Below, in pieces: positions 10,319 through 20,047 of a stretch of DNA of 64,000 bases; the stretch's first letter is position 1; the number at the start of each line of letters is the position of its first letter. The stretch is from Clostridia bacterium (GTDB taxonomy: Bacteria > Bacillota > Clostridia > Christensenellales > UBA3700), in the NCBI GenBank assembly GCA_029060025.1, contig JAIDUV010000037.1, forward strand, positions 1,587 through 65,586. Direction: 5' to 3'. The notes under the pieces were generated by a model that was not told where the DNA came from, searched no databases, and saw nothing but the letters and a program-made list of their open reading frames with translations. Position numbers and translations under genes: made by a program.

Positions 10319-10723
10319 ATGAAGTATTTAGCAATAGATTTGGGGGACGCCCGCACCGGTATAGCGGTAAGCGAGAGCGGTATCATAGCCACAGGCTTGG
10401 AGACTTACAAGAGAGTGGCTTTGAAACAGGATTTGCAACATATTGCCGATTTAGTCAAGCAGTACAAAATCGACGTCGTAGTCTTTGGATTGCCTCTCAA
10501 TATGGACGGTACGTCAGGCGAGAGAGTGGAAAAAACCAAGGCTTTTGCTGAGCAACTGCAACCGCTTATAGACGCCAAAATTGATTATGAAGACGAGCGG
10601 CTTACTTCCGTAGTTGCCGAAGAGATGCTCATCGAAGGCGGAATGAGAAGGGATAAGCGAAAAAAGGTCATTGATAAGATTGCCGCGACGATAATATTGC
10701 AGGCATACTTAGATAGACAGTAG
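10319..10723 (+). CDS. ruvX: Putative pre-16S rRNA nuclease / Holliday junction resolvase-like protein YqgF
   Basis: MKYLAIDLGDARTGIAVSE N-terminus and a C-terminal IDKIAATIILQAYLD motif typical of YqgF/RuvX. Confidence 0.9.
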   Translation: MKYLAIDLGDARTGIAVSESGIIATGLETYKRVALKQDLQHIADLVKQYKIDVVVFGLPLNMDGTSGERVEKTKAFAEQLQPLIDAKIDYEDERLTSVVAEEMLIEGGMRRDKRKKVIDKIAATIILQAYLDRQ

Positions 10724-10731
10724 TCGTTATA

Positions 10732-10764
10732 AAATGAGTGGACGAGAAAGTTCACTCATTTTTG
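10732..10764 (+). terminator. Rho-independent terminator after ruvX
   Basis: AATGAGTG...CACTCATT stem followed by TTTTG. Confidence 0.7.
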
Positions 10765-10911
10765 TTAGGAATGATTTAGTTTGAGATTGGAGGCGTTTTT
10801 GCGTCTAATTCATATAGTGCGACAAAATGTGCGCCAAATTCCTTGCAAAATAAAAATAAATAATATAATATTATTATGTAAATATTTAGTTATCACTATA
10901 CGGAGGTAGTT

Positions 10912-11652
10912 ATGTCAGGACATAGCAAATGGGCTAATATTAAAAATAAAAAGGGCAAGAGCGATGCAAAGAGAGCAAGCGTATTTACCAAGATAGGCAG
11001 AGAGATTGCCGTAGCGGTTAAGCAAGGCGGTCCGGACCCCAATTCAAATGCGAGATTGAGAGACGTCATTGCTAAGGCAAAAGCCAACAATATGCCCAAC
11101 GATAATATCGAAAGAGGAATCAAGAAGGCAAGCGGAGAACTTAATGCCGTCAACTATGAAGAAAACATCTACGAGGGCTATGCTGCCGGCGGTGTGGCCG
11201 TGATAGTAGAGACTTTGACGGACAACAAAAACCGCACCGCGGGCGATATCCGTCACCACTTCGATAAGTGCGGAGGCGCTATGGGTACCAGCGGTTGCGT
11301 ATCGTATATGTTTGAGACTAAAGGCGTAATAGTAGTCGACGGCGAGGGCGTGGACGAAGATACCGTAATGATGATTGCGCTTGATTGCGGAGCCAACGAT
11401 ATACTCAATGACGAAGACGTATTTGAGATTTATACCGATCCTAATTCTTTGGGCGAAGTAAGAGAGGCAATAGAGAAAGAGGGCAGTCTCAAAATTTTGT
11501 CGGCTCAGGTGGACAGAATACCTAGCAATACCGTCAAGCCGGATAAAGACGCAGAGGCAAAAGTGCTCAAACTTTTGGATATGCTTGAAGACAATGACGA
11601 TGTGCAAAACGTATATCACAATGCAGAACTTGAAGAAGAGGACGAAGACTGA
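10912..11652 (+). CDS. yebC: YebC/PmpR family DNA-binding transcriptional regulator
   Basis: [16 protein letters not shown]-terminus and full-length family architecture. GGAGG Shine-Dalgarno sequence upstream. Confidence 0.93.
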   Translation: MSGHSKWANIKNKKGKSDAKRASVFTKIGREIAVAVKQGGPDPNSNARLRDVIAKAKANNMPNDNIERGIKKASGELNAVNYEENIYEGYAAGGVAVIVETLTDNKNRTAGDIRHHFDKCGGAMGTSGCVSYMFETKGVIVVDGEGVDEDTVMMIALDCGANDILNDEDVFEIYTDPNSLGEVREAIEKEGSLKILSAQVDRIPSNTVKPDKDAEAKVLKLLDMLEDNDDVQNVYHNAELEEEDED

Positions 11653-11667
11653 TTTTAGAGGTCAATT

Positions 11668-12912
11668 ATGGAAAATATGCAAGAAGTATGTTGCAAGGTA
11701 AGGAATGCAACTTATAAATTATCTCTGTACGACACCAAGACTAAGAATGATATTCTTATGGCTGTCGCAAAGAAAATAGAACAAAACAAAGAGAATATAA
11801 AAAAAATCAACGCTATAGATATTGAAAATGCAAAAGGCAAATTGTCAGAAGCAATGATAGACAGACTTACTTTGACGGATTCTCGTATTGCGCTTATGGC
11901 TGAAGGAGTAAGGCAGGTCGCAGACCTTGAAGACCCGGTAGGCAAAGTCGTCAGAGAGTGGAAGGTCGACAGCGGACTTGAGATAAAGAAGGTCAGAGCG
12001 CCTCTCGGCGTAATCGGCGTAATATACGAATCGAGACCCAACGTCACTGTAGACGTGGCAAGTCTTTGCATTAAGTCGGGCAACGGAGTTTTGCTCAAAG
12101 GCGGCAAAGAGGCAATCAATACCAATAGAGCGCTGTTTGAGATAATTCAAGATGCTATTGACGAACTTGGGCTTGACAAAGATATCGTTGGGTTTGTCGA
12201 CAATGTGGAAAGACAGGCAACGTACGATATGTTGCAACAGGCAAGATATATCGACGTGATAATTCCAAGAGGAAGTGACAATCTCAAGAAGTTTGTGCTT
12301 ACCAATTCTCAGATACCGGTCATAGCGTCTTCGGGCGGCAACTGCCACGTATATGTAGAGAAGAGTGCAGACCTTGATATGGCAAAGAGAATTGTATACA
12401 ATGCAAAAATGCAAAGAGTGTCGGTATGCAACGCTCAAGAGCAACTCTTAGTTGACGAGGCAATAGCAGATAAATTTTTGCCGGATATGCTCAAGACTTT
12501 GCAAGACGGCGGTTGCAAGATCATTGGTGACGAAGTAATTCAACGATACGCAAGCGACGTAATTCCCGCTACCGAAGAAGATTACAGGACGGAAAGGGAA
12601 GATTACTTCCTCACTGTCAAAGTTGTCAAGGACTATAAAGAGGCAATCAACCGTATCAATGCCAACGGCACTAAGCACAGCGAAGCCATTGTGTCAAAAG
12701 ACGAAGAAATAATGAAAATCTTTACGACTGCTGTCGACGCAGGTTGCGTGTATACCAACGCTTCGACGAGATTTACCGACGGATTTGAGTTTGGTTTCGG
12801 CGCGGAGATTGGTATCTCTACACAGAAGTTGCACGCTAGAGGTCCGCTTGGTCTAGAGCAGTTGACGAGTGAAAAATACGTCGTCACAGGTCACGGCGAG
12901 ATACGCAAATGA
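11668..12912 (+). CDS. proA: Glutamate-5-semialdehyde dehydrogenase (gamma-glutamyl phosphate reductase)
   Basis: ALDH-fold protein with the ProA C-terminus NASTRFTDGFEFGFGAEIGISTQKLHARGPLGLEQL. Confidence 0.92.
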   Translation: MENMQEVCCKVRNATYKLSLYDTKTKNDILMAVAKKIEQNKENIKKINAIDIENAKGKLSEAMIDRLTLTDSRIALMAEGVRQVADLEDPVGKVVREWKVDSGLEIKKVRAPLGVIGVIYESRPNVTVDVASLCIKSGNGVLLKGGKEAINTNRALFEIIQDAIDELGLDKDIVGFVDNVERQATYDMLQQARYIDVIIPRGSDNLKKFVLTNSQIPVIASSGGNCHVYVEKSADLDMAKRIVYNAKMQRVSVCNAQEQLLVDEAIADKFLPDMLKTLQDGGCKIIGDEVIQRYASDVIPATEEDYRTEREDYFLTVKVVKDYKEAINRINANGTKHSEAIVSKDEEIMKIFTTAVDAGCVYTNASTRFTDGFEFGFGAEIGISTQKLHARGPLGLEQLTSEKYVVTGHGEIRK

Positions 12913-13403
12913 TAATCTTGGGAATAGACCCCGGACTTGCCATCGTAGGGTATGGCGTGATTGAGGCGCAAAAGGGAGCCTTTCGTCCAATAGACTGCGG
13001 AGTTATCAACACTCCAAAAGAAGACACCGTCCCGATAAGGCTTACCAAGATATACGACGGAATCAATTCTTTGATAGACAAGTTTAAGCCCGATTGCATT
13101 GCTATAGAAGAACTGTTTTTTAATACCAATATTACCACTGGTATCAACGTGGCTCAGGCGAGAGGAGTTGTGCTTTTGGCGTGTCAGCAAAAGGGACTGA
13201 AGATGTATGAATATACGCCGTTGCAAATCAAACAAGCATTGACAGGATACGGCAAAGCAGAGAAAAAACAAATTCAGTTTATGGTCACGAGATTGCTTAA
13301 TCTCAAGGCGGTGCCAAAGCCCGACGACGCGGCTGACGGACTTGCCGTCGCGCTTACTCACGGACAGACGGCGCGTCTTGGCGGACTGTTTGGCATAAGA
13401 TAG
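12909..13403 (+). CDS. ruvC: Crossover junction endodeoxyribonuclease RuvC
   Basis: ILGIDPGLAIVGYGVIE and QIKQALTGYGKAEKKQIQ motifs. ATGA overlap with proA. Confidence 0.93.
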   Translation: MIILGIDPGLAIVGYGVIEAQKGAFRPIDCGVINTPKEDTVPIRLTKIYDGINSLIDKFKPDCIAIEELFFNTNITTGINVAQARGVVLLACQQKGLKMYEYTPLQIKQALTGYGKAEKKQIQFMVTRLLNLKAVPKPDDAADGLAVALTHGQTARLGGLFGIR

Positions 13404-13467
13404 ATTAAATTAAGCAAATAAAGTATCAAGAATAATCAAAATAATTGTGTATTAAGGCAAGGGATAT

Positions 13468-14079
13468 ATGTACTATTCGATTACCGGCAAAGTTATATTT
13501 TATGAAGAAGGTAATGTCGTGCTGGAAAACAACGGCATAGCCTACGAACTCGGCGTGTCCGCAAATACGTTGTCGGCGTTTGCCAAAAAGGGCGAAACCG
13601 TCACTGCGTATACCTATCTCAAGGTAGCGGAAGACGAGATGAGCCTTTACGGCTTTTTCAGCAAAGAAGAAAAGGCAATGTTTATCAATTTGATTAGCGT
13701 CAGCGGAGTTGGACCAAAGACGGCTTTGCAGATACTTTCGGGTATAGACTTGCAAAGACTTGCAATTGCAATTGTCAACAGTGACGCGAAGACGCTGTCA
13801 AAAGTCAAAGGACTTGGCAAGAAGACCGCAGAGCGTATCATTCTTGAACTTAAAGAAAAGATTGCAGAAGTTGGCGGCGGAGACGATGGTGACGGATTCT
13901 TTGGACTGCTTGGCGGAGACGATACTTCAAAAGACGAAGTCGTCAATGACGCAGTGCTTGCTTTGGTATCTTTGGGAATATCCAAGACGGAAGCCGTCAA
14001 AGCGGTGGCTGTCGCAAGAGGCAAGACGGATAAACTTGAAAACATAATCACACTGGCATTAAGGAGTTTTGATAAGTAA
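13468..14079 (+). CDS. ruvA: Holliday junction branch migration complex subunit RuvA
   Basis: HhH motifs [12 protein letters not shown] and [17 protein letters not shown]. Confidence 0.93.
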   Translation: MYYSITGKVIFYEEGNVVLENNGIAYELGVSANTLSAFAKKGETVTAYTYLKVAEDEMSLYGFFSKEEKAMFINLISVSGVGPKTALQILSGIDLQRLAIAIVNSDAKTLSKVKGLGKKTAERIILELKEKIAEVGGGDDGDGFFGLLGGDDTSKDEVVNDAVLALVSLGISKTEAVKAVAVARGKTDKLENIITLALRSFDK

Positions 14080-15134
14080 TGGAATTTTTTGACGACGAAG
14101 AGAGATTTATGTCCTCAATGCAAGGCGTAAGCGAGGGAGATAGCGAAAATTCGCTTCGCCCTAAAAGTATGTCCGATTATGTCGGTCAAGATAAAATAAA
14201 AGAAAATCTTGAAATATATATCAAAGCCGCAGTGGGAAGAGACGAGGCGCTCGACCACGTGCTTTTGTATGGACCTCCGGGTCTTGGTAAGACGACTTTG
14301 GCGCATATAATTGCAAGCGAAATGGGATCGCAAATCAGAATTACTTCGGGACCTGCGATAGAAAAGGCAGCCGATTTGGCGGCAATACTCACCAATCTCA
14401 ACGAAAAAGACGTGCTTTTTATTGACGAGATACACAGGCTTAATCGCAACGTCGAAGAGGTGCTTTATCCCGCAATGGAGGATTATGCTCTTGACTTTAT
14501 GGTAGGCAAAGGACCTAGCGCAAGGAGTATAAGGCTGTCACTTCCCAAGTTTACGTTGATTGGCGCAACTACCAGAGCAGGTATGCTTACTTCGCCGCTA
14601 CGCGACAGATTTGGAGTCAACTGCCGTCTTGAGATGTATACACCAGAAGAACTTGCTAGTATAGTCAAGCGAAGCGCGGGACTTTTGGGAGTGGAAATAA
14701 CTGACGACGGCGCGTACGAGATTGCGCGGCGTAGCAGAGGAACTCCGAGAATTGCCAACCGTATACTTAAGAGAGTGAGAGATTACAGCGAAGTCTTGGC
14801 GGAAGGTATAATCGACGCAAAGGTCGCAGATATAGCGCTTGGCAAGATGGAAATCGACAAACTTGGACTTGATAATATAGACCGCAAAATCATTTTGACG
14901 ATAATTGACAAATTCAACGGCGGTCCCGTCGGACTTGACACATTGGCGGCGTCGATAGGCGAGGACGCGGGTACTATTGAAGACGTATACGAGCCTTATC
15001 TAATGCAGATTACTTTTATTGCGCGCACTCCGAGAGGTCGCATTTGTCTGCCCGACGCGTATACGCACTTTGGCAGAAAAGCCAATCAACTTGCTTACGA
15101 GCAACTTTCTATGCTAGATACAGAGGATAAATAA
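14079..15134 (+). CDS. ruvB: Holliday junction branch migration DNA helicase RuvB
   Basis: [44 protein letters not shown] overlap with ruvA. Confidence 0.96.
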   Translation: MEFFDDEERFMSSMQGVSEGDSENSLRPKSMSDYVGQDKIKENLEIYIKAAVGRDEALDHVLLYGPPGLGKTTLAHIIASEMGSQIRITSGPAIEKAADLAAILTNLNEKDVLFIDEIHRLNRNVEEVLYPAMEDYALDFMVGKGPSARSIRLSLPKFTLIGATTRAGMLTSPLRDRFGVNCRLEMYTPEELASIVKRSAGLLGVEITDDGAYEIARRSRGTPRIANRILKRVRDYSEVLAEGIIDAKVADIALGKMEIDKLGLDNIDRKIILTIIDKFNGGPVGLDTLAASIGEDAGTIEDVYEPYLMQITFIARTPRGRICLPDAYTHFGRKANQLAYEQLSMLDTEDK

Positions 15135-16168
15135 TGAAGACAAGCGAGTTTTATTACGATCTTCCGCAAGAACTCATTGCGCAGACACCGATAGAGCCAA
15201 GAGACGCTTCTAGATTGCTTGTGTATCATAAGGACAGCGCAAGTATTGAACATAAGCATTTTTACGACGTGATAGATTATCTTCAAAAAGGTGATGTGCT
15301 TGTCATCAACAATACCAAAGTAATTCCCGCGAGGATATTTGCGACGAGATTGCCGCGTACGGAAAAGACGGTAGAGAATAATACCGAGGTCTTGTTGCTC
15401 AAGCGCAAAGAGTACGACGTGTGGGAGTGCATTACGCGTCCTGCAAAAAAACTTAAAATCGGCACTATGCTTGACTTTGGCAAGATGCAAGGACAGGTTG
15501 TCGGCTTTGGCGAAGAGGGCGTAAGGTTTATCAGATTCATATTCGACGGAGTTTTTGAAAATATTCTCGAAGAAATCGGCAATATGCCTCTTCCGCCTTA
15601 TATTACTCAAAAACTTGAGGATAAGAGTAGGTATCAGACGGTGTACAGCAAGATAGACGGCTCTGCTGCAGCGCCTACGGCTGGCTTACATTTCACACCA
15701 GGGCTTTTGCAAAAAATTGCAGATAAAGGCGTGCAGATTGCAAATGTGCTTTTGCACGTGGGACTAGGTACGTTTAGACCTGTAAAGGAAGACGATATAC
15801 TCAATCACAAAATGCACAGCGAATATTTTGAGGTCGACGAACTCAATGCGAAGATTATCAATGATGCTTTGTCAGAGGGTAGACGCGTGATATGCGTAGG
15901 CACGACGTCCGTCAGAGTGGTAGAAAGCGCCGCTGGAGAAGACGGATACGTAAAACCAAGCAAGGGAGAAACGCAGATTTTTATCTATCCGGGATATAAG
16001 TTTAAAGTCCTCAAAGGACTTATAACCAACTTCCATTTGCCCGAGTCTACGTTGATTATGCTCGTCAGCGCATTTATAGGCAGAGAGAATACGTTAGCGG
16101 CGTATAATACGGCGGTGGAGGAGAGGTATCGGTTTTTTTCATTCGGTGACGCTATGATGATTGTATAA
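15134..16168 (+). CDS. queA: S-adenosylmethionine:tRNA ribosyltransferase-isomerase
   Basis: FYYDLPQELIAQTP N-terminus, GLHFTPGLL, and FFSFGDAMMI at the C-terminus. Confidence 0.95.
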   Translation: MKTSEFYYDLPQELIAQTPIEPRDASRLLVYHKDSASIEHKHFYDVIDYLQKGDVLVINNTKVIPARIFATRLPRTEKTVENNTEVLLLKRKEYDVWECITRPAKKLKIGTMLDFGKMQGQVVGFGEEGVRFIRFIFDGVFENILEEIGNMPLPPYITQKLEDKSRYQTVYSKIDGSAAAPTAGLHFTPGLLQKIADKGVQIANVLLHVGLGTFRPVKEDDILNHKMHSEYFEVDELNAKIINDALSEGRRVICVGTTSVRVVESAAGEDGYVKPSKGETQIFIYPGYKFKVLKGLITNFHLPESTLIMLVSAFIGRENTLAAYNTAVEERYRFFSFGDAMMIV

Positions 16169-16300
16169 ACGTCGCAATACTGTGTCGAACTTGCGTTTTG
16201 CCTTGGTCGTGTACGTTTAGTACACTCTCGGCGGACAAATCCGCGTTCTCTTTGTCTTGCTCGTTTCTCCAATCATCATTCTTACTGTTGCAATAGTGGA
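16169..16300. repeat. Intergenic repeat-derived element (R1) between queA and tgt
   Basis: It shares the 8-mer GTCGCAAT (16171-78), a GTAC-centred hairpin (GTGTAC-gttta-GTACAC, 16209-25) and the 10-mer CATTCTTACT (16277-86), in the same order as the element 3' of efp. Confidence 0.5.
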
Positions 16301-16323
16301 TATCACATAAATAATTTGATTAA

Positions 16324-17478
<1,155 letters not shown>

Positions 17479-17609
17479 TGTATATGTGTTGAATTACTCA
17501 AGGATATTACCTTAAAAAGGTTTATTCAGAGTAAAAAACTGTAAAAAGTATATAAAATATCAAAAATACCCAACAAAATGCTTGTAATTGTTGAGTAAAT
17601 AAGTTAAAC

Positions 17610-17639
17610 TTGAATAGATATTAAATTGATTGATATAAT
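17610..17639 (+). promoter_or_regulatory. Sigma-A-type promoter upstream of yajC (TTGAAT-N18-TGaTATAAT)
   Basis: TTGAAT at 17610-15 and an extended -10 TGATATAAT ending at 17639. Confidence 0.5.
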
Positions 17640-17684
17640 TTTTATATTGATTTATGTTGATAAATAAAGTTTTAAGGAGCAAAT

Positions 17685-18224
17685 ATGAATTTATTTAGTT
17701 TGTTAAGCGCAGACGAGGGCGGAAGCGGCGGTTTGTTCGGCGGCTCAAGTTGGGTAATGATAGTCGTACTCGTCGTATTGATGGTCGTTATGTTTGCGGC
17801 TTCTATAATACCGCAAAAGAAGCGCCAAAAGAAAGCGCAAGAAATGATGAACAGCATCACAGTTGGAACAAAAGTCAAGACGATAGGCGGTTTTGTCGGA
17901 GAGATAAAAAAGGTTGACAACAACGCAGGTACGTTTACGCTTGATATAAGCGCAAACGGCGACGGAAGTATGATGGTTGTAATAGATAAGTCTGCTATAT
18001 ACACCGTACTTCAAGCAGTTAAAGCGCCAACAGGCGAAGTTACTCTTGAAGAAAAAGTTGCGCCCGAAGTAGTCGCTATGGACGATATCGAGGCTGACGC
18101 AGAGGCTCAGCAAAAGAAAGCCGGCAAAAAGAATAAGAAGAATGAAGACGTAAAAGAAGAGACTAGCGAAAGCATAGGCGATTCTTTGGAAAAGACGGAT
18201 AATAACACTCTTCTCAAAGACTAA
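17685..18224 (+). CDS. yajC: Preprotein translocase subunit YajC with a long charged C-terminal extension
   Basis: One TM helix followed by IIPQKKRQKKAQEMMNSITVGTKVKTIGGFVGEI (YajC core). About 70 extra residues are rich in E/K/D. Confidence 0.85.
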   Translation: MNLFSLLSADEGGSGGLFGGSSWVMIVVLVVLMVVMFAASIIPQKKRQKKAQEMMNSITVGTKVKTIGGFVGEIKKVDNNAGTFTLDISANGDGSMMVVIDKSAIYTVLQAVKAPTGEVTLEEKVAPEVVAMDDIEADAEAQQKKAGKKNKKNEDVKEETSESIGDSLEKTDNNTLLKD

Positions 18225-18236
18225 TTGACAATTAAG

Positions 18237-18263
18237 CAGACGCTGTAAAGCGTCTGTTTTTTT
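18237..18263 (+). terminator. Rho-independent terminator after yajC
   Basis: CAGACGCT-gtaa-AGCGTCTG followed by T7. Confidence 0.85.
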
Positions 18264-18345
18264 ACACTATATATAAACATTTGTTTGCTTTTTGTTAGAA
18301 TTTAAGATATATTATATATGGCAAATGACTTATTGAGGAGAAGAT

Positions 18346-19272
18346 ATGCACGATATATGGAATCCTTGGCACGGTTGCAAAAAGTGTAGCGAAGGTTGTC
18401 AAAATTGTTATATGTATTATCTTGACAGAATACACGGCAACTTTGATAGTGACAAAGTCGTCAAGACTGGGAATATGAATTATCCGCTGTCGCGCAATCG
18501 CAGTGGAAAGTTTGTCATAGGTAGCGGAGAACTGCTGAGAGTGTGTATGACGTCAGACTTTTTTATAGAAGAGGCTGACGAATGGCGAGAAGAAGCGTGG
18601 GACGTGATATATCAAAGACCGGACGTCAAGTTTTTTCTTTTGACTAAGAGACCTCAAAGGGTTGAGAGATGTTTGCCAAAAGATTGGGGCGAGGGTTGGG
18701 AAAACGTGTTTTTCAACGTCACTTGTGAAAATCAGCGCAGAGCGGACGAAAGAATACCAATAATGCACACGCTGCCTTTTAAGCATAAAGGCATTATGTG
18801 CGCACCGCTTATTGGAAAGGTGTCTATAGCCGAGTATCTCAAAGAAGGTCAAATTGAGCAAGTGATTTGCGGCGGAGAAAATTACGACGGCGCTAGGGCG
18901 TGCCATTATGAGTGGGTAAAACTCTTGCACGACGAATGTGTAGACGCTGACGTAACTTTTTCTTTTATCGAGACTGGCAATATATTTGTCAAAGACGGCA
19001 TTGTCACACGAATGAGAAATAAGACGGAACAGGCAAAACTTGCATATAATCAAGGGCTGACATACAAAGGTAAGCCGATACATTATAATTTGACGGATAG
19101 ATTGGGATTGCCTATCGAAGAGAGTTGTTATGCTCCCAAGTTCAAAAGACACTGTCTTACCTGCGGCAGCCGTCCTATTTGCAACGGCTGCGAGGATTGC
19201 GGAAAGTGCGCGGAAGAATTTGCTGAGCCTGAAGAGATAGAGTTATTTGACAGTGTGCGAAAGTTAAAGTAG
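18346..19272 (+). CDS. DUF5131 (phage Gp37/Gp68-like) family protein with a Cys-rich C-terminal tail
   Basis: The N-terminus WNPWHGCKKCSEGCQNCYMY matches the DUF5131 signature as recalled. The C-terminus carries CLTCGSRPICNGCEDCGKC. Confidence 0.6.
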   Translation: MHDIWNPWHGCKKCSEGCQNCYMYYLDRIHGNFDSDKVVKTGNMNYPLSRNRSGKFVIGSGELLRVCMTSDFFIEEADEWREEAWDVIYQRPDVKFFLLTKRPQRVERCLPKDWGEGWENVFFNVTCENQRRADERIPIMHTLPFKHKGIMCAPLIGKVSIAEYLKEGQIEQVICGGENYDGARACHYEWVKLLHDECVDADVTFSFIETGNIFVKDGIVTRMRNKTEQAKLAYNQGLTYKGKPIHYNLTDRLGLPIEESCYAPKFKRHCLTCGSRPICNGCEDCGKCAEEFAEPEEIELFDSVRKLK

Positions 19273-19340
19273 CGTCAATTTTGAATTAGTCTTCATAAAA
19301 CCTCATTTGACGCCATATATTATCTCAAGGAGGATAGGGT

Positions 19341-19727
19341 ATGGCTATAAAGATGACGAAAAGAGATTTTTTGGAGATGTTTTTGGGGATATTGTTTTCT
19401 GTAATCATATCACTTTTAGCGGTAATTATCTTTGCGGTGATAGTGAAATATGCTAATTTGTCTACCAAAGTCGTGCAGATTGTCAATATTTTTTTGAAAA
19501 TATTCAGTATATTTTTCGGTTCGCTGATTGCGCTTAAGTCGGGGCAAAAGGGACTTTTTAAAGGTTGTATAATAGGACTGTTTTTTGCGCTAGTGTCTTA
19601 TTTGATATTCTCGCTTATCAACGGATCTTTTGCGGTAAATCCTTTGACTGCGTTCGACATTTTGAGTTGTTTGGTAGCAGGTTTGCTCAGCGGAGTATTT
19701 GCCGTAAACGTAAGGGGTAATAAATAA
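19341..19727 (+). CDS. Small four-helix integral membrane protein (YrzE/TIGR04086-like)
   Basis: 128 aa with four hydrophobic helices and a GGAGG Shine-Dalgarno sequence. Its position next to yajC resembles B. subtilis yrzE as recalled. Confidence 0.5.
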   Translation: MAIKMTKRDFLEMFLGILFSVIISLLAVIIFAVIVKYANLSTKVVQIVNIFLKIFSIFFGSLIALKSGQKGLFKGCIIGLFFALVSYLIFSLINGSFAVNPLTAFDILSCLVAGLLSGVFAVNVRGNK

Positions 19728-19802
19728 TCGACTGTATAAATGGTTTTAAAAGCGGCTTATATATAATATTGATAAAATATTTAAAAGAATTTATATAAAT
19801 AC

Positions 19803-19831
19803 TTGCAAAATGGTCGAGTTTATTATATCAT
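19803..19831 (+). promoter_or_regulatory. Candidate promoter of the SCIFF operon (TTGCAA-N17-TATCAT)
   Basis: TTGCAA at 19803-08 and TATCAT at 19826-31. Confidence 0.4.
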
Positions 19832-19862
19832 ATAAGAAATACATTAGATACTAGGAGGATAT

Positions 19863-20036
19863 ATGAAACATATCAACAGCATCGTAACAAATTCTATGAA
19901 AAAACAAGGCAATATCGGTTGTGGCGAATGTCAGTCAAGTTGTCAATCTGCTTGCAAGACTTCTTGCACGGTTGGTAATCAAAGTTGCAAAAACCGCGAC
20001 GAGAAAATCAACGCAACGAGAAAGCCTTTGATCTAA
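19863..20036 (+). CDS. scfA: Six-cysteine peptide SCIFF (ranthipeptide precursor), 57 aa
   Basis: Manual translation: MKHINSIVTNSMKKQGNIGCGECQSSCQSACKTSCTVGNQSCKNRDEKINATRKPLI. A GGAGG Shine-Dalgarno sequence lies 4 nt upstream. The core GCGECQSSCQSACKTSCTVGNQSC matches the SCIFF signature. The ORF is below the 60-aa cut-off of the ORF track. Confidence 0.9.
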   Translation: MKHINSIVTNSMKKQGNIGCGECQSSCQSACKTSCTVGNQSCKNRDEKINATRKPLI

Positions 20037-20047
20037 TTACCGCATAA

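Noticed and set aside
10861-10890. dif-like sequence (ATTATGTAAAT resembles the right half of Firmicute dif)
   Set aside because: The left half does not resemble the XerC/XerD-binding arm. The region is simply the AT-rich yebC promoter.
18346-19272. Prophage or genomic island suggested by the phage-type DUF5131 gene
   Set aside because: No integrase, terminase, capsid or other phage genes were found. There are no flanking direct repeats and no obvious compositional shift by eye. It is treated as a single domesticated gene.
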